Shown: piece by piece, positions 1 through 9,600 of the stretch
How the letters are laid out: every line of letters begins with the position of its first letter
Numbering within the stretch: the stretch's first letter is position 1
From: Dehalococcoidia bacterium
GTDB lineage: Bacteria > Chloroflexota > Dehalococcoidia > Lucifugimonadales > Lucifugimonadaceae
Direction: 5' to 3'
Length of the DNA: 64,000 nucleotides
Assembly (NCBI GenBank): GCA_963555965.3
Contig: OY821634.1
Span: 1,523,754 to 1,587,753, forward strand
Program-made: the position numbers and the translations under genes
Notes under the pieces: model-generated
What the model was told of the DNA's origin: nothing
What the model saw: the letters and a program-made list of their open reading frames with translations, nothing else
Databases searched by the model: none

Positions 1-18
1 CATACCATCCCCCTCCCC

Positions 19-252
19 TTTGAACTATGATTGCGATGATTTTTGATGATGGACTGTGATGCTCCGCCCCTCCCTCTCTATGGGTAGGGGCGGTTCGCGA
101 ACCGCCCCTACGGGTAGGATGGGTTTTTGAACTATGATTGCGGTGATTTGAAATGATGAACTGTGATGGGTGTTGCGGATGTCTATCTGTCATTCCGGGA
201 GGGGCGGAGCATCATAGCACATCATCCAGCATCATCGCAATCATAGTTCAAA
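19..252. mobile_element. MITE-like unit bounded by perfect 22-bp terminal inverted repeats
   Basis: TTTGAACTATGATTGCGATGAT at 19-40 has its exact reverse complement at 231-252. There is no credible ORF inside. No transposase is in the window, so mobility is only inferred. Confidence 0.4.
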
Positions 253-440
253 AGACGGTATGAACCCCCTGCGTCTCGCTTCGCTTGCCGCGTCCCCCTT
301 TTGCTCCGCAAAAAGGGGAGGTACGCGTTCCTTCCCCTCTATGAGTAGGGGCGGTTCGCGAACCGCCCCTACGGGTGTGATGGGTTTTTGAACTATGATG
401 GGCTGTGATTTGAAATGATGGGCTGTGATGGGTGTTGCGG

Positions 441-520
441 GTGTCCATCTGTCATTCCGAGTGTCCGTCTGTCATTCCGAGCGTCCATCTGTCATTCCAA
501 GCGTCCGTCTGTCATTCCGA
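441..520. repeat. 4 x 20-bp perfect-register tandem repeat
   Basis: The units are GTGTCCATCTGTCATTCCGA, GTGTCCGTCTGTCATTCCGA, GCGTCCATCTGTCATTCCAA and GCGTCCGTCTGTCATTCCGA. They are followed by the GCGCAGTGAGGAATC half of the common GTCATTCCGAGCGCAGCGAGGAATC module. Confidence 0.9.
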
Positions 521-1058
521 GCGCAGTGAGGAATCTGCCCTCCCCTTTTTGCGCCAGCAAAAGGGGGACGCGGCGAGCGCAGCGAGACGCAGGGGGTTCA
601 TACACTCGCAACCACCACACCCGCAATACCCACCACAGCATACACACCACCGGAGGGGCCGGGCATCATAGCCCATCATCGAAAATCATGGCAATCATAG
701 TTCAAAAAGGGAGCACATCCCTCCCCCTTTGTCCTTCGGACATTTCCCCCGCGAGCGGGGGAAACCTGGATACCCGCGTGCGCGGGTATGACGGGTATGC
801 ATCATAGCCCATCATCCAGCATCACCGCAATCACAGTTCAAATGCGGGGGCTTGGGGGGTGTGCGCGCGGTCTTGGGTGGCAATCCTTTCGATAATTCGA
901 GAATCTTGCCTATCCTTTTATTGCGCGGGGTAGTATAGACTGGTATGATGTTGTGCGTAAGTCGGAATGGCACGCGCTTTTTCGATTCACACACTAGCAT
1001 GTTGATTGCTAATGACGGACTGACGACAGGTCAAGCTTGGTAAAGGAAATGCAACGTG

Positions 1059-4000
1059 ATGAAATCCCCTACATCACTGATTAGTATCAGGAACGCAGTG
1101 GGCGCAATGCTGGCGCTGTCGGCTATCTTCGCCGTCGTCATTAGCACCATCTCTATGCCCGGAGACAACGCGACCGCGCAGACGACTGACCCGGTCGAGG
1201 TACGTGCAAAGGCGTGGTTTAACTCCCTGACCCTTGATGAGGCCATCGACGCATTGCTAGGAAAGGAAGCCGACGCTGTTGCAGATGGTGAAAACCCGAC
1301 CGATGCAACACGGGGCCGACAATACGTCGATGCCGATAACCCTGCCGTTATCAATAAGGATATCGAACTTATCAAAGCTGCTTGGGATGCCAAATCCGAT
1401 ACCCAGACGTTCTACGATGGCTTGCTAGCGAACGCTACTGCAGCAAATACAAGCCCCTACACTGTTACCGGTGCTGTTGCCCACAAGGCAAGAGTAAAGA
1501 GCCTTGTGGACGCTAGCACTGACGATCCCGGCGACATCTACGCCGTTGGTGAAGAGCCCAGTGATCTTAATCAAGCGATACGCGGATTCCAGAGCGTGGA
1601 ACTTTGGTGGGACCACTTGACATGTATTGAAGCTCGCATAGCTGTCGGTGAAGACAGCGATGATCTGAGCGATACGGACGCCAATGATACCGAGACTGGT
1701 TTCCAGATCGAAGCCAGCGATGTCTGCACGGCTACTGTGAACAGCGATAACACTGGCATCGTTGACGGCAGTAAAGTAGCGAAGGCTTATTCAGATTTGG
1801 GCGATGCTAAGGCTCAGGTTGACGAGGTCGGTCAAGCCATTCTAGGCCTTTCGAGCGCAGGTTCTGCCAGCAGTGCGGACAATGCTCGAGCGAAGGCTTG
1901 GTGGGACTCTTTGGACACTACGCGTCGAGTGCAGGCGCTCTACGGCGATGATGTGACCGCTGGGACAGCACCATCACAGCGCCCTTCGTCCGGTGATACG
2001 ATTGCGGCGACTCGGCTTTACTTGGCAACCCGTAAGTATGACGAAATCTCGGCAGGTATCAAATTCCCTGCAGGCGATGGCGGAACCCCCGCGGCCAAGA
2101 CGTTCACGCTCAACGAGGCCTCGATGAAACTCGCAACAGGTATCAAGAAGTTGGTCAATGACCGTGCGATTCTGATCTACGGCAACGGCGGCAGCGGAGG
2201 CAAATACGAAGGCGTCGATGCATGGTGGGATTCCATCGGTTGTCTCGAGAAGCAGATCGCGGTTGGTGAGGATAACGAACCTGTTTCCAGCCCGCCGGGA
2301 GAGTTTTGCCGGTCATTCAGCGGCGCCACCGGACTTGCCGATGATCAGGATCGAAATGGCACCAGTGCAGGAACCGATATCGACGGCCGCGGCGTTTCGC
2401 AACGTGAACGCGCGATGACTGTCGGACGAGTTTTGCTCAACTTGAAGTCGCTCCCGCAAGTCGCCGCTTGGTGGGACACCTTGAGCGGCGACCAGATGGT
2501 GAATGTGGTTTACGGCTCCCCTGCGAAGACGACTAGGACCGACACAGATACTAACGACGATGTCGACGAATCGGATGCGACGGCTACTGAGAAGGCGTTG
2601 TTCAAGAAGAAGTACGCGTCTTTGAGCGGCGCTGTGCTAATAACTCGCCTCCCATCGGCCACGACAACCTTGTTGACACGTCACGGTGTTACCGCAGGTT
2701 ACGATTTGAACGACAACGGTGCGGCGAACAATATCCTATCTGATCTTTCGGAAGTGACGCTCGGTTTTGACCTTAACGGCGACGGTGATGCGACAGATAC
2801 GGAAGTCGGTAACGTAGATGAAGCGAACTTCCGCGGCTTGAAAGCCATTGTCGGCGCCATTGCAACGGAGATCTTCGATCCGCCTACTTCATCTAGTGCT
2901 GACGACGGCAATACTGGTTTCTCAGGCGCCACAGTCAATGACGACGACGAGTTCGATCCTCCTTACCAGTCGGTCGGCGATTGGTGGGAGATTCTGGACT
3001 GCCGCACGATGCGCTTGGCGGTCGGCGAGGACAACGATTACCTCGACGCCGGCGATGCAAACGCTGATCCAGTTGTTCCGGCCGAGACTAGCGCGGGTGG
3101 TTTCTGCGGTCATTTGCCTGGAGCGGCTGCGGCCACTGCTGCTAACACGCTCAGCCAGGCTGCGCATGATCGCGTGGATGTAGTCGGTAAGGCGCTCCTC
3201 GCTCGATCCGAGGTTGGACGTCCTTCGTTTAACGTCGCTGTAGCTGGCATTCCCACGATTTCCGGCACCGCACAGGTCGGCTCGACTCTGACCGCCAACA
3301 CCGGCGGCATCAGCGACGGCGACGGACCGGGAACAACATTCAGCTACCAGTGGATACGAAGCGGTACTGACATCGCAGGCGCCACTGGCAGCACGTACAC
3401 GTTGACGGCTGCGGATGCTGGTGCCATGATCTCGGTTCGGGTGTCGTTCACAGACGGTGAACGCTACCCAGAGTCGACGACCAGCGTCGGCACATCCGTG
3501 GTCGCCGGTTCACCGGGCATGATCTCGAAGATCGAGCCTAATATCCGCGGCATTGCGATATCTGGCGGCGACACCGTGGTTCTGTCAGTGAACGTCTACG
3601 GTCTGCAAGACAAGATGGACAACAAGCTCGGCGGCACCTACACATGGTCTGTGAATGGCACGAGTGTCGACGGATCGGGTCGCGAGCTTTCCTACACTGC
3701 CCCGACCTCACCTGGCACCTACAATGTGAAGGCCACGCTCGCCGATGGCGACTGTGCGCCTAAGGACGAAACGATGCGTGCCTCCGCCTGTTCGGCCGAG
3801 TTCGAAGTCAAGGTGCTGCGCCCGTCGGCTCCACAGCCGGCGCCGGAAGCCCCGGTCAACCCGCCTGGCGAGATCCCCTCGATCCTCGCCGACAGCGAAG
3901 GCGAGCAGTACGAAGTGTTCACGCCGGTAGAAGGCGGCACGTTCACCGGCAACGGTTACTCGATAACTGCTGCTGCCGGCGCAGTCTCGAACGGCGAGTT

Positions 4001-4511
4001 CATCGGCGTCCGCATGTCTGACGACGGTGCGGCATCGAACGCGGGCATGACGCACCAGCGCTACACGCTCGGCGGCAACATGTACGGCGTCCACGCGGTG
4101 GACAGCACCGGTGCTGCGATCAGCTCGTACGTCCTTGAGGATGCGGCCACGGTCTGCGTACCGCTGCCGGACGAGCTGCGATCGAACATCTCGGACTTGG
4201 CAGTAGTGGCGATCAACGGCGACGGTTCGCTCACGATCCTGTCGGCGCAGGTTAGGATAACCACTGCTGGCACGATGGTTTGCGGCGGCTTGAGCAACCT
4301 TCCCGCCTCTGTGGCGGTAGGCAGCGCAGGCGCCCCGGCAGCCATCCCGACTCCGACACCAGAGCCCACGCCAGAGCCGCCCGTGACTGGTGGCACCGCC
4401 CCGGCATCGAGCGCCACGGTCCTCTGGGCCCTGCTCCTCGGCGTAGCAGTGCTGACACTAGGCGCTGCCCTAGTGATAGCCCGCCGTCGAGAGGGAACGC
4501 GAAAGAGCTAG
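1059..4511 (+). CDS. Large secreted, C-terminally anchored repeat surface protein (paralog A)
   Basis: Long ORF (track 1056-4511). ATG at 1059 is preceded by AAGGAA. N-terminal signal/anchor is AMLALSAIFAVVISTISMPGDNATAQ. Three alternating pairs of W(W/F)xxLx9(Y/L)G and WWxxhxCx6VGED motifs are present. Ig-like repeats are present (GTAQVGSTLTAN...FSYQWIRSG...YTLTAADAG). The tail is Pro/Thr linker, PVTGG, hydrophobic helix, then RRREGTRKS. Confidence 0.85.
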   Translation: MKSPTSLISIRNAVGAMLALSAIFAVVISTISMPGDNATAQTTDPVEVRAKAWFNSLTLDEAIDALLGKEADAVADGENPTDATRGRQYVDADNPAVINKDIELIKAAWDAKSDTQTFYDGLLANATAANTSPYTVTGAVAHKARVKSLVDASTDDPGDIYAVGEEPSDLNQAIRGFQSVELWWDHLTCIEARIAVGEDSDDLSDTDANDTETGFQIEASDVCTATVNSDNTGIVDGSKVAKAYSDLGDAKAQVDEVGQAILGLSSAGSASSADNARAKAWWDSLDTTRRVQALYGDDVTAGTAPSQRPSSGDTIAATRLYLATRKYDEISAGIKFPAGDGGTPAAKTFTLNEASMKLATGIKKLVNDRAILIYGNGGSGGKYEGVDAWWDSIGCLEKQIAVGEDNEPVSSPPGEFCRSFSGATGLADDQDRNGTSAGTDIDGRGVSQRERAMTVGRVLLNLKSLPQVAAWWDTLSGDQMVNVVYGSPAKTTRTDTDTNDDVDESDATATEKALFKKKYASLSGAVLITRLPSATTTLLTRHGVTAGYDLNDNGAANNILSDLSEVTLGFDLNGDGDATDTEVGNVDEANFRGLKAIVGAIATEIFDPPTSSSADDGNTGFSGATVNDDDEFDPPYQSVGDWWEILDCRTMRLAVGEDNDYLDAGDANADPVVPAETSAGGFCGHLPGAAAATAANTLSQAAHDRVDVVGKALLARSEVGRPSFNVAVAGIPTISGTAQVGSTLTANTGGISDGDGPGTTFSYQWIRSGTDIAGATGSTYTLTAADAGAMISVRVSFTDGERYPESTTSVGTSVVAGSPGMISKIEPNIRGIAISGGDTVVLSVNVYGLQDKMDNKLGGTYTWSVNGTSVDGSGRELSYTAPTSPGTYNVKATLADGDCAPKDETMRASACSAEFEVKVLRPSAPQPAPEAPVNPPGEIPSILADSEGEQYEVFTPVEGGTFTGNGYSITAAAGAVSNGEFIGVRMSDDGAASNAGMTHQRYTLGGNMYGVHAVDSTGAAISSYVLEDAATVCVPLPDELRSNISDLAVVAINGDGSLTILSAQVRITTAGTMVCGGLSNLPASVAVGSAGAPAAIPTPTPEPTPEPPVTGGTAPASSATVLWALLLGVAVLTLGAALVIARRREGTRKS

Positions 4512-4555
4512 ACGCAAAGCAGCGGCGGTTCCCGAACCGCCCCTACGCACCAAAA

Positions 4556-4591
4556 GGGGCAGGCACAAACAACGTGCCTGCCCCTTTTTTT
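4556..4591 (+). terminator. Rho-independent terminator of paralog A
   Basis: Stem GGGGCAGGCAC (4556-4566), loop AAACAAC, stem GTGCCTGCCCC (4574-4584), then T7 (4585-4591). Confidence 0.85.
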
Positions 4592-6600
4592 GTCACCGCG
4601 TCCCCTCCCCTTTTTGCGCAGCAAAAGGGGGAATAGAAGGGGGTTCATACCGTTTGAACTGTGATGGGCTGTGATGTCGAATGATGGACTGTGATGGGTG
4701 TTGCGGGTATCCGGGTTTCCCTCCGCTCGCGGGGGAAATGTCCGAAGGACAAAGGGGGCGCGAAGGATTGCATCCCTCCCCCTTGATATTCAAGGGGGAA
4801 CAAAAGGGGGTTCATACCGTTTGAACTATGATGGGCTGTGATGTCGAATGATGGACTGTGATGGGTGTTGCCGGTATGCGGGTTTTCCTCCGCTCGCGGG
4901 GGAAATGTCCGAAGGACAAAGGGGGCGCGAAGGATTGCATCCCTCCCCTTTTTGCGGAGCAAAAGGGGGAATAGAAGGGGGTTCATACCGTTTTTGAACT
5001 GTGATGGGCTGTGATGTCGAATGATGAACTGTGATGGGTGTTGCGGGTATGCGGGTTTCCCTCCGCTCGCGGGGGAAATGTCCGAAGGACAAAGGGGGCG
5101 CGAAGGATTGCATCCCTCCCCTTTTTGCGGAGCAAAAGGGGGAATAGAAGGGGGTTCATACCGTTTTTGAACTATGATGGGCTGTGATTTGAAATGATGG
5201 ACTGTGATGGGTGTTGCGGGTATCCGGGTTTCCCGCCGCTCGCGGGGGAAATGTCCGAAGGACAAAGGGGGCGCGAAGGATTGCATCCCTCCCCTTTTTG
5301 CGGAGCAAAAGGGGGAATAGAAGGGGGTTCATACCGTTTGAACTATGATGGGCTGTGATGGGTGCGAGTGTATGAACCCCCTGCGTCTCGCTGCGCTCGC
5401 CGCGTCCCCCTTTTGCTGGCGCAAAAAGGGGAGGTACGCGTTCCCTCCCCCTTGATGCTCAAGGGGGAACAAAAGGGGGTTCATACCGTTTGAACTATGA
5501 TGGACTGTGATTTGAAATGATGGACTGTGATGCCCTGCCTCCTCCCCGTCTGTGCGGGTATGCGGGTTTCCCTCCGCTCGCGGGGGAAATGTCCGAAGGA
5601 CAAAGGGGGCGCGAAGGATTGCATCCCTCCCCCTTGATGCTCAAGGGGGAATAGAAGGGGGTTCATACCGTTTGAACTGTGATGGGCTGTGATGTCGAAT
5701 GATGGACTATGATCCCATCCTCCCCTCCCCGTCTGAGCAGGTATGCGGGTTTCCCGCCGCTCGCGGGGGAAATGTCCGAAGGACAAAGGGGGCGCGAAGA
5801 TTGCATCCCTCCCCCTTGAGCATCAAGGGGGAATAGAAGGGGGTTCATACCGTTTGAACTATGATGGGCTGTGATGTCGAATGATGAACTGTGATGGGTG
5901 TTGCGGGTATGCGGGTTTCCCTCCGCTCGCGGGGGAAATGTCCGAAGGACAAAGGGGGCGCGAAGATTGCATCCCTCCCCCTTGATGTTCAAGGGGGAAT
6001 AGAAGGGGGTTCATGCCGTTTTTGAACTATGATGGGCTGTGATTGGGAATGATGGACTGTGATGGGTGTTGCGGGTATCCGGGTTTCCCTCCGCTCGCGG
6101 GGGAAATGTCCGAAGGACAAAGGGGGCGCGAAGATTGCATCCCTCCCCCTTGATATTCAAGTTTTGAACTATGATGGACTGTGATGTCGAATGATGGGGT
6201 GTGATGGAGTCGGATATGTGTGATGGGTGCGGGTGTATGAACCCCCTGCGTCTCGCTGCGCTCGTCGCGTCCCCCTTTTGCGGAGCAAAAGGGGGAGGGT
6301 TACGGTGCCCCCTGCACTGAACAAAGGGAGGGCCGGGCATCACAGTTAATCATCAAAAAATCACAGCCCATCATAGTTCAAAAATCACCACAGCATACGC
6401 ACCAGCGGAGGGACGGGGCATCATAGCCCATCCTTCGACATCATGGCAATCATAGTTCAAAAAACGGCATGCACCCCCTTCTATTCCCCCTCAGAGAGGG
6501 GGAGGGAACGCGTACCTCCCCCTTTTGCTGACGCAAAAAGGGGAGGGGCCGGGCATCACAGCACATCGTTTCAAATCATCGCAATCATAGTTCAAAATTG
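4592..6600. repeat. Tandem array of about nine head-to-tail composite units (152-182 bp), ending in opposite-orientation modules
   Basis: The unit marker GGGGGTTCAT(A/G)CCG occurs at 4639, 4806, 4977, 5150, 5323, 5475, 5657, 5839 and 6005. Each unit carries a TTGAACT(A/G)TGATGG(G/A)CTGTGAT module. It also carries the hairpin GGTTTCCC-N10-GGGGAAA and one of two CCCTCCCC-led hairpins. From ~6340 the modules appear reverse-complemented (ATCACAGCCCATCATAGTTCAA at 6360-6381). Confidence 0.9.
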
Positions 6601-6673
6601 GATGCGTTGAGCAGTTGCCGTTGTTAGACTGGTTAGATGTCGGTTTTTAGGCTGAAAATAGAAGAGAGAGTTG

Positions 6674-9600
6674 ATGAAATCCCATACCATGGCATCGCTG
6701 ATGCAGACTAAGGTTAGGCACGCACTGGGCGTCATGCTGGCGATCTCGGCTATCTTCGCCGTCGTCATTAGCACCATCTCAATGCCCGGTGACAGGGCTA
6801 CGGCGCAAGTGGATGATGCTGATGCCGAAGTCTCGAAACGTGCCGCCGCGTGGTTCAACTCCTTGACCCTCGATGAAGCGATCAACGCAATTCTCGGAAA
6901 AGAAGCCGACGCTGACAATGGCACGGACGGCCGACAGTACGTCGATACCGATGACCCTGCCGATATCAATCAGGCTATCGAATTTATCTACGATGCTTGG
7001 ACGAAGAAATCCGCAACCCAGTCGTTCTATGATGGCTTGCCGGCGAGCACGTCAGTGGCGAGTAACAGCGGTCTTGCCAATCACGTTGCGGTCAAGGCCC
7101 TCGTAGATGGCAGTACTTCCGGGGCTACCGAGCTTTACGCAGTCGGTAACCAGATTTCGAGTGTCCAAGGCATCCGCGCATTCCAAAGCGTCAAACTGTG
7201 GTGGAACCACTTGGATTGCACGGAAGCCCGTACAGTCGTGGGTGAAGACAGTGATGATCTGCTCAATAGCATCGACGACGACAATGATAGCAACACCGCA
7301 AACGTTTTGGAATCCAGTAGTGTCTGTCAGTTTCCTGCAGGCACAACAGTTGGCGGCGACGCTACTGCGAATGCTATCTCCTACGACAGTCTGTCCGATA
7401 AGACCCAGGTGAACCAAGTAGGCAACGCCCTGCTCGGTCTTACTAACGGCGGAACGTACAGCGCATCCGACAACGCGATGGCCAAGCGCTGGTGGGGCAA
7501 GCTGAACGGGACTCAGAGAGCCTTCGCGCTCTACGGCGACGCATTGACCTTAACCACCCCAACGACGAACCAAGGAAACACCGCGGTCAGTGTGCCGCGA
7601 CCTTTGATCGCAAGCCATGGATACGACGATATAACTACGTCGATCACCTTCACAGTCGATGTTGATGGCACATTCACCGAATTGCCTATGGATGCCGCTT
7701 CAAAAGCGTTGGTTCCCGAAGTGAAGGCACTGATCAACGACCGAGCGATGCTGATCTACGGCAACGGCGGTACCGGCGGCAAATATGAGGGTGTCGATGC
7801 TTGGTGGAATTCCATCGGTTGTCTCGAGAATCAGATATCGGTTGGTGAAGACAACGAACCTGTTGCTAGCACGCCGGGCGAGTTCTGCGTCGCGTCATTC
7901 AGCAGTCTCGCCAAAACGCAGGATAGAAATGCTGATCCCAGAACCGTTTCTGACCGGGAACGCGCGATGACTGTCGGGCGTGCGCTGCTCAATCTTGCGG
8001 ATATCCCGGATTCCGGCGCTTGGTGGAACACGTTGAATGCAACGCAGATGGTCAACGTGGTTTACGGCGACCCGTTGGAGATGGAAGGTGACCCGGCGGC
8101 TCCGAAAGCATCTGAAGCGGACCGCAAAGCGTTCCAGCAGATGTACGCCAATTTGGGCACCGTTCGTGTCGTCGCATCAGATCTGCCTGATGTCATGATT
8201 GCCGATACGTCAGGCCTGCTTACCAGACAAGCCGTCCCAACCGAGCTATTCGACCATGACAACAACACAGGCACCAGTCAGGTGCCAGGCTACTTGGCCA
8301 AAGATGTCGTAGATGCCATTGCGACCGAAATCTTCGATCCGCCGCACGGGTTGTATGGCGCATATCGCAGGCAGAATAATGAAGCAATCGTTAACAACCT
8401 GGACGCTAACATCAGTGAAAACGTCACCAACAACCAACCCGATGACGACAACGAGTTTGACCCTCCTTATCAATCGGTCGGCGATTGGTGGGAGACTCTG
8501 GACTGCCGCGTGATGCGCTTGGCGGTCGGCGAAGACAACGATTACCCCGACATCGAGACCGCTGGCTTAGAGCCTGAGGACTACAAAATCGAGACCAGCA
8601 TTTACTGCGGTCACTTGCCCGGCGCGGCTAAGGCAACAAACGCTGCTAACACGCTCATCCAGGATGCGCATGATCGCGTGGATGTAGTCGGTAAAGCCCT
8701 TCTTGCACGTAGCGAGGTCGGCCGTCCGTCGTTCAACGTCGCTGTAACTGGCATCCCGACGATCACCGGCACTGCGAAGGTAGGTTCGATGTTGACCGCC
8801 AACCCCGATGCCATCAAGGACGGCGACGGAGTGGGGGCCTTCAGCTACCAGTGGATACGAGACGGTGCTGACATCTCCGGGGCCACCGGCAGCACGTACA
8901 CGTTGACCGCTGCGGATGCGAATGCGATGATATCGGTTCGAGTGTCGTTCACAGACGGCGAGCGCTACCCAGAGTCGACGACCAGCGTCGGCACATCCGT
9001 CGTCGCCGGCTCCCTGGGCAGAATCTCCAAGATAGAGCCGGCGATCCGCGACATCAAGTTGTCCGGCGGCGGCACTGTTGTTCTGTCCCTGAACGTCTAC
9101 GGTGTGCAGGGCGATATAGACAACAGCCTCGGCGGCACATACTCATGGTCCGTGAATGGCACGAGCATCGAGGGATCGGGCCGTGAGCTTTCCTACACTG
9201 CCCCGTCCTCGCCCGGCACCTACAATGTGAAGGCGACGCTGGCCGATGGCGACTGCCGTCCAAAAGACGAATCGAATCGTGTATCTGCCTGTTCGGCCGA
9301 GTTCGAGGTGAAGGTGCTGCGTCCGTCGGCTCCACAGCCGGCGCCGGAAGCCCCGGTCAACCCGCCTGGCGACATCCCCAGCATCCTTGCAGACTCCGAG
9401 GGCAACCAGTACGAAGTGTTCACGCCGGTAGAAGGCGGTACGTTCAGTGGCGACGGCTACTCGATCACCGCCGCATCTGGTGCCGTTCCGAACGGCGAGT
9501 TCATCGGTGTCCGCATGTCCGACGACGGTGCGGCATCGAACGCGGGCATGACGCACCAGCGCTACACGCTCGGCGGCAACATGTACGGTGTACACGCTGT

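Larger units (their letters stand above)
1..850. repeat. Intergenic mosaic of short hairpin-forming repeat modules (runs off the window start)
   Basis: Two perfect copies of the 28-bp palindrome GTAGGGGCGGTTCGCGAACCGCCCCTAC lie at 84-111 and 345-372. TTTGAACTATGAT-type modules occur in both orientations. A 4 x 20-bp tandem lies at 441-520. Inverted ~60-bp copies of GTATGAACCCCCTGCGTCTCGC...CCCCTTTTGC lie near 258-320 and 541-603. The same modules recur at 4.5-6.6, 10.0-11.3 and 25.7-27.2 kb. ORFs 248-448 and 415-807 translate as repeat read-through. Confidence 0.85.

Noticed and set aside
860-1055. Promoter or small RNA upstream of paralog A (TTGCCT ... TAGTAT/TATAGA, followed by a GC stem and T-run near 960-985).
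   Set aside because: The -35/-10 spacing is 19-22 nt and the stem is only ~4-5 bp. This is too weak to call without transcript data.
4600-6200. Possible CRISPR array. The module GGTTTCCCTCCGCTCGCGGGGGAAATG (reverse complement CATTTCCCCCGCGAGCGGAGGGAAACC) has the length, GC-rich stem and regular spacing reminiscent of a type I-E-like CRISPR repeat.
   Set aside because: The ~140 bp between copies is itself the same sequence in every unit, so there are no unique spacers. That interval is also far too long for spacers. No leader or cas genes are in the window. It is better explained as one sub-module of a composite tandem repeat.
248-6343. Long ORFs inside the repeat zones (248-448, 415-807, 4645-5286, 4826-5113, 5481-5786, 5663-5992, 6011-6343; also 10009-10442 and 10946-11552).
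   Set aside because: Their translations are low-complexity and mutually repetitive (for example LCPSDISPASGGKP, SFGHFPRERRETRIPA). They exist in several frames and strands over the same DNA and simply follow the nucleotide repeats. There are no start-site signals.
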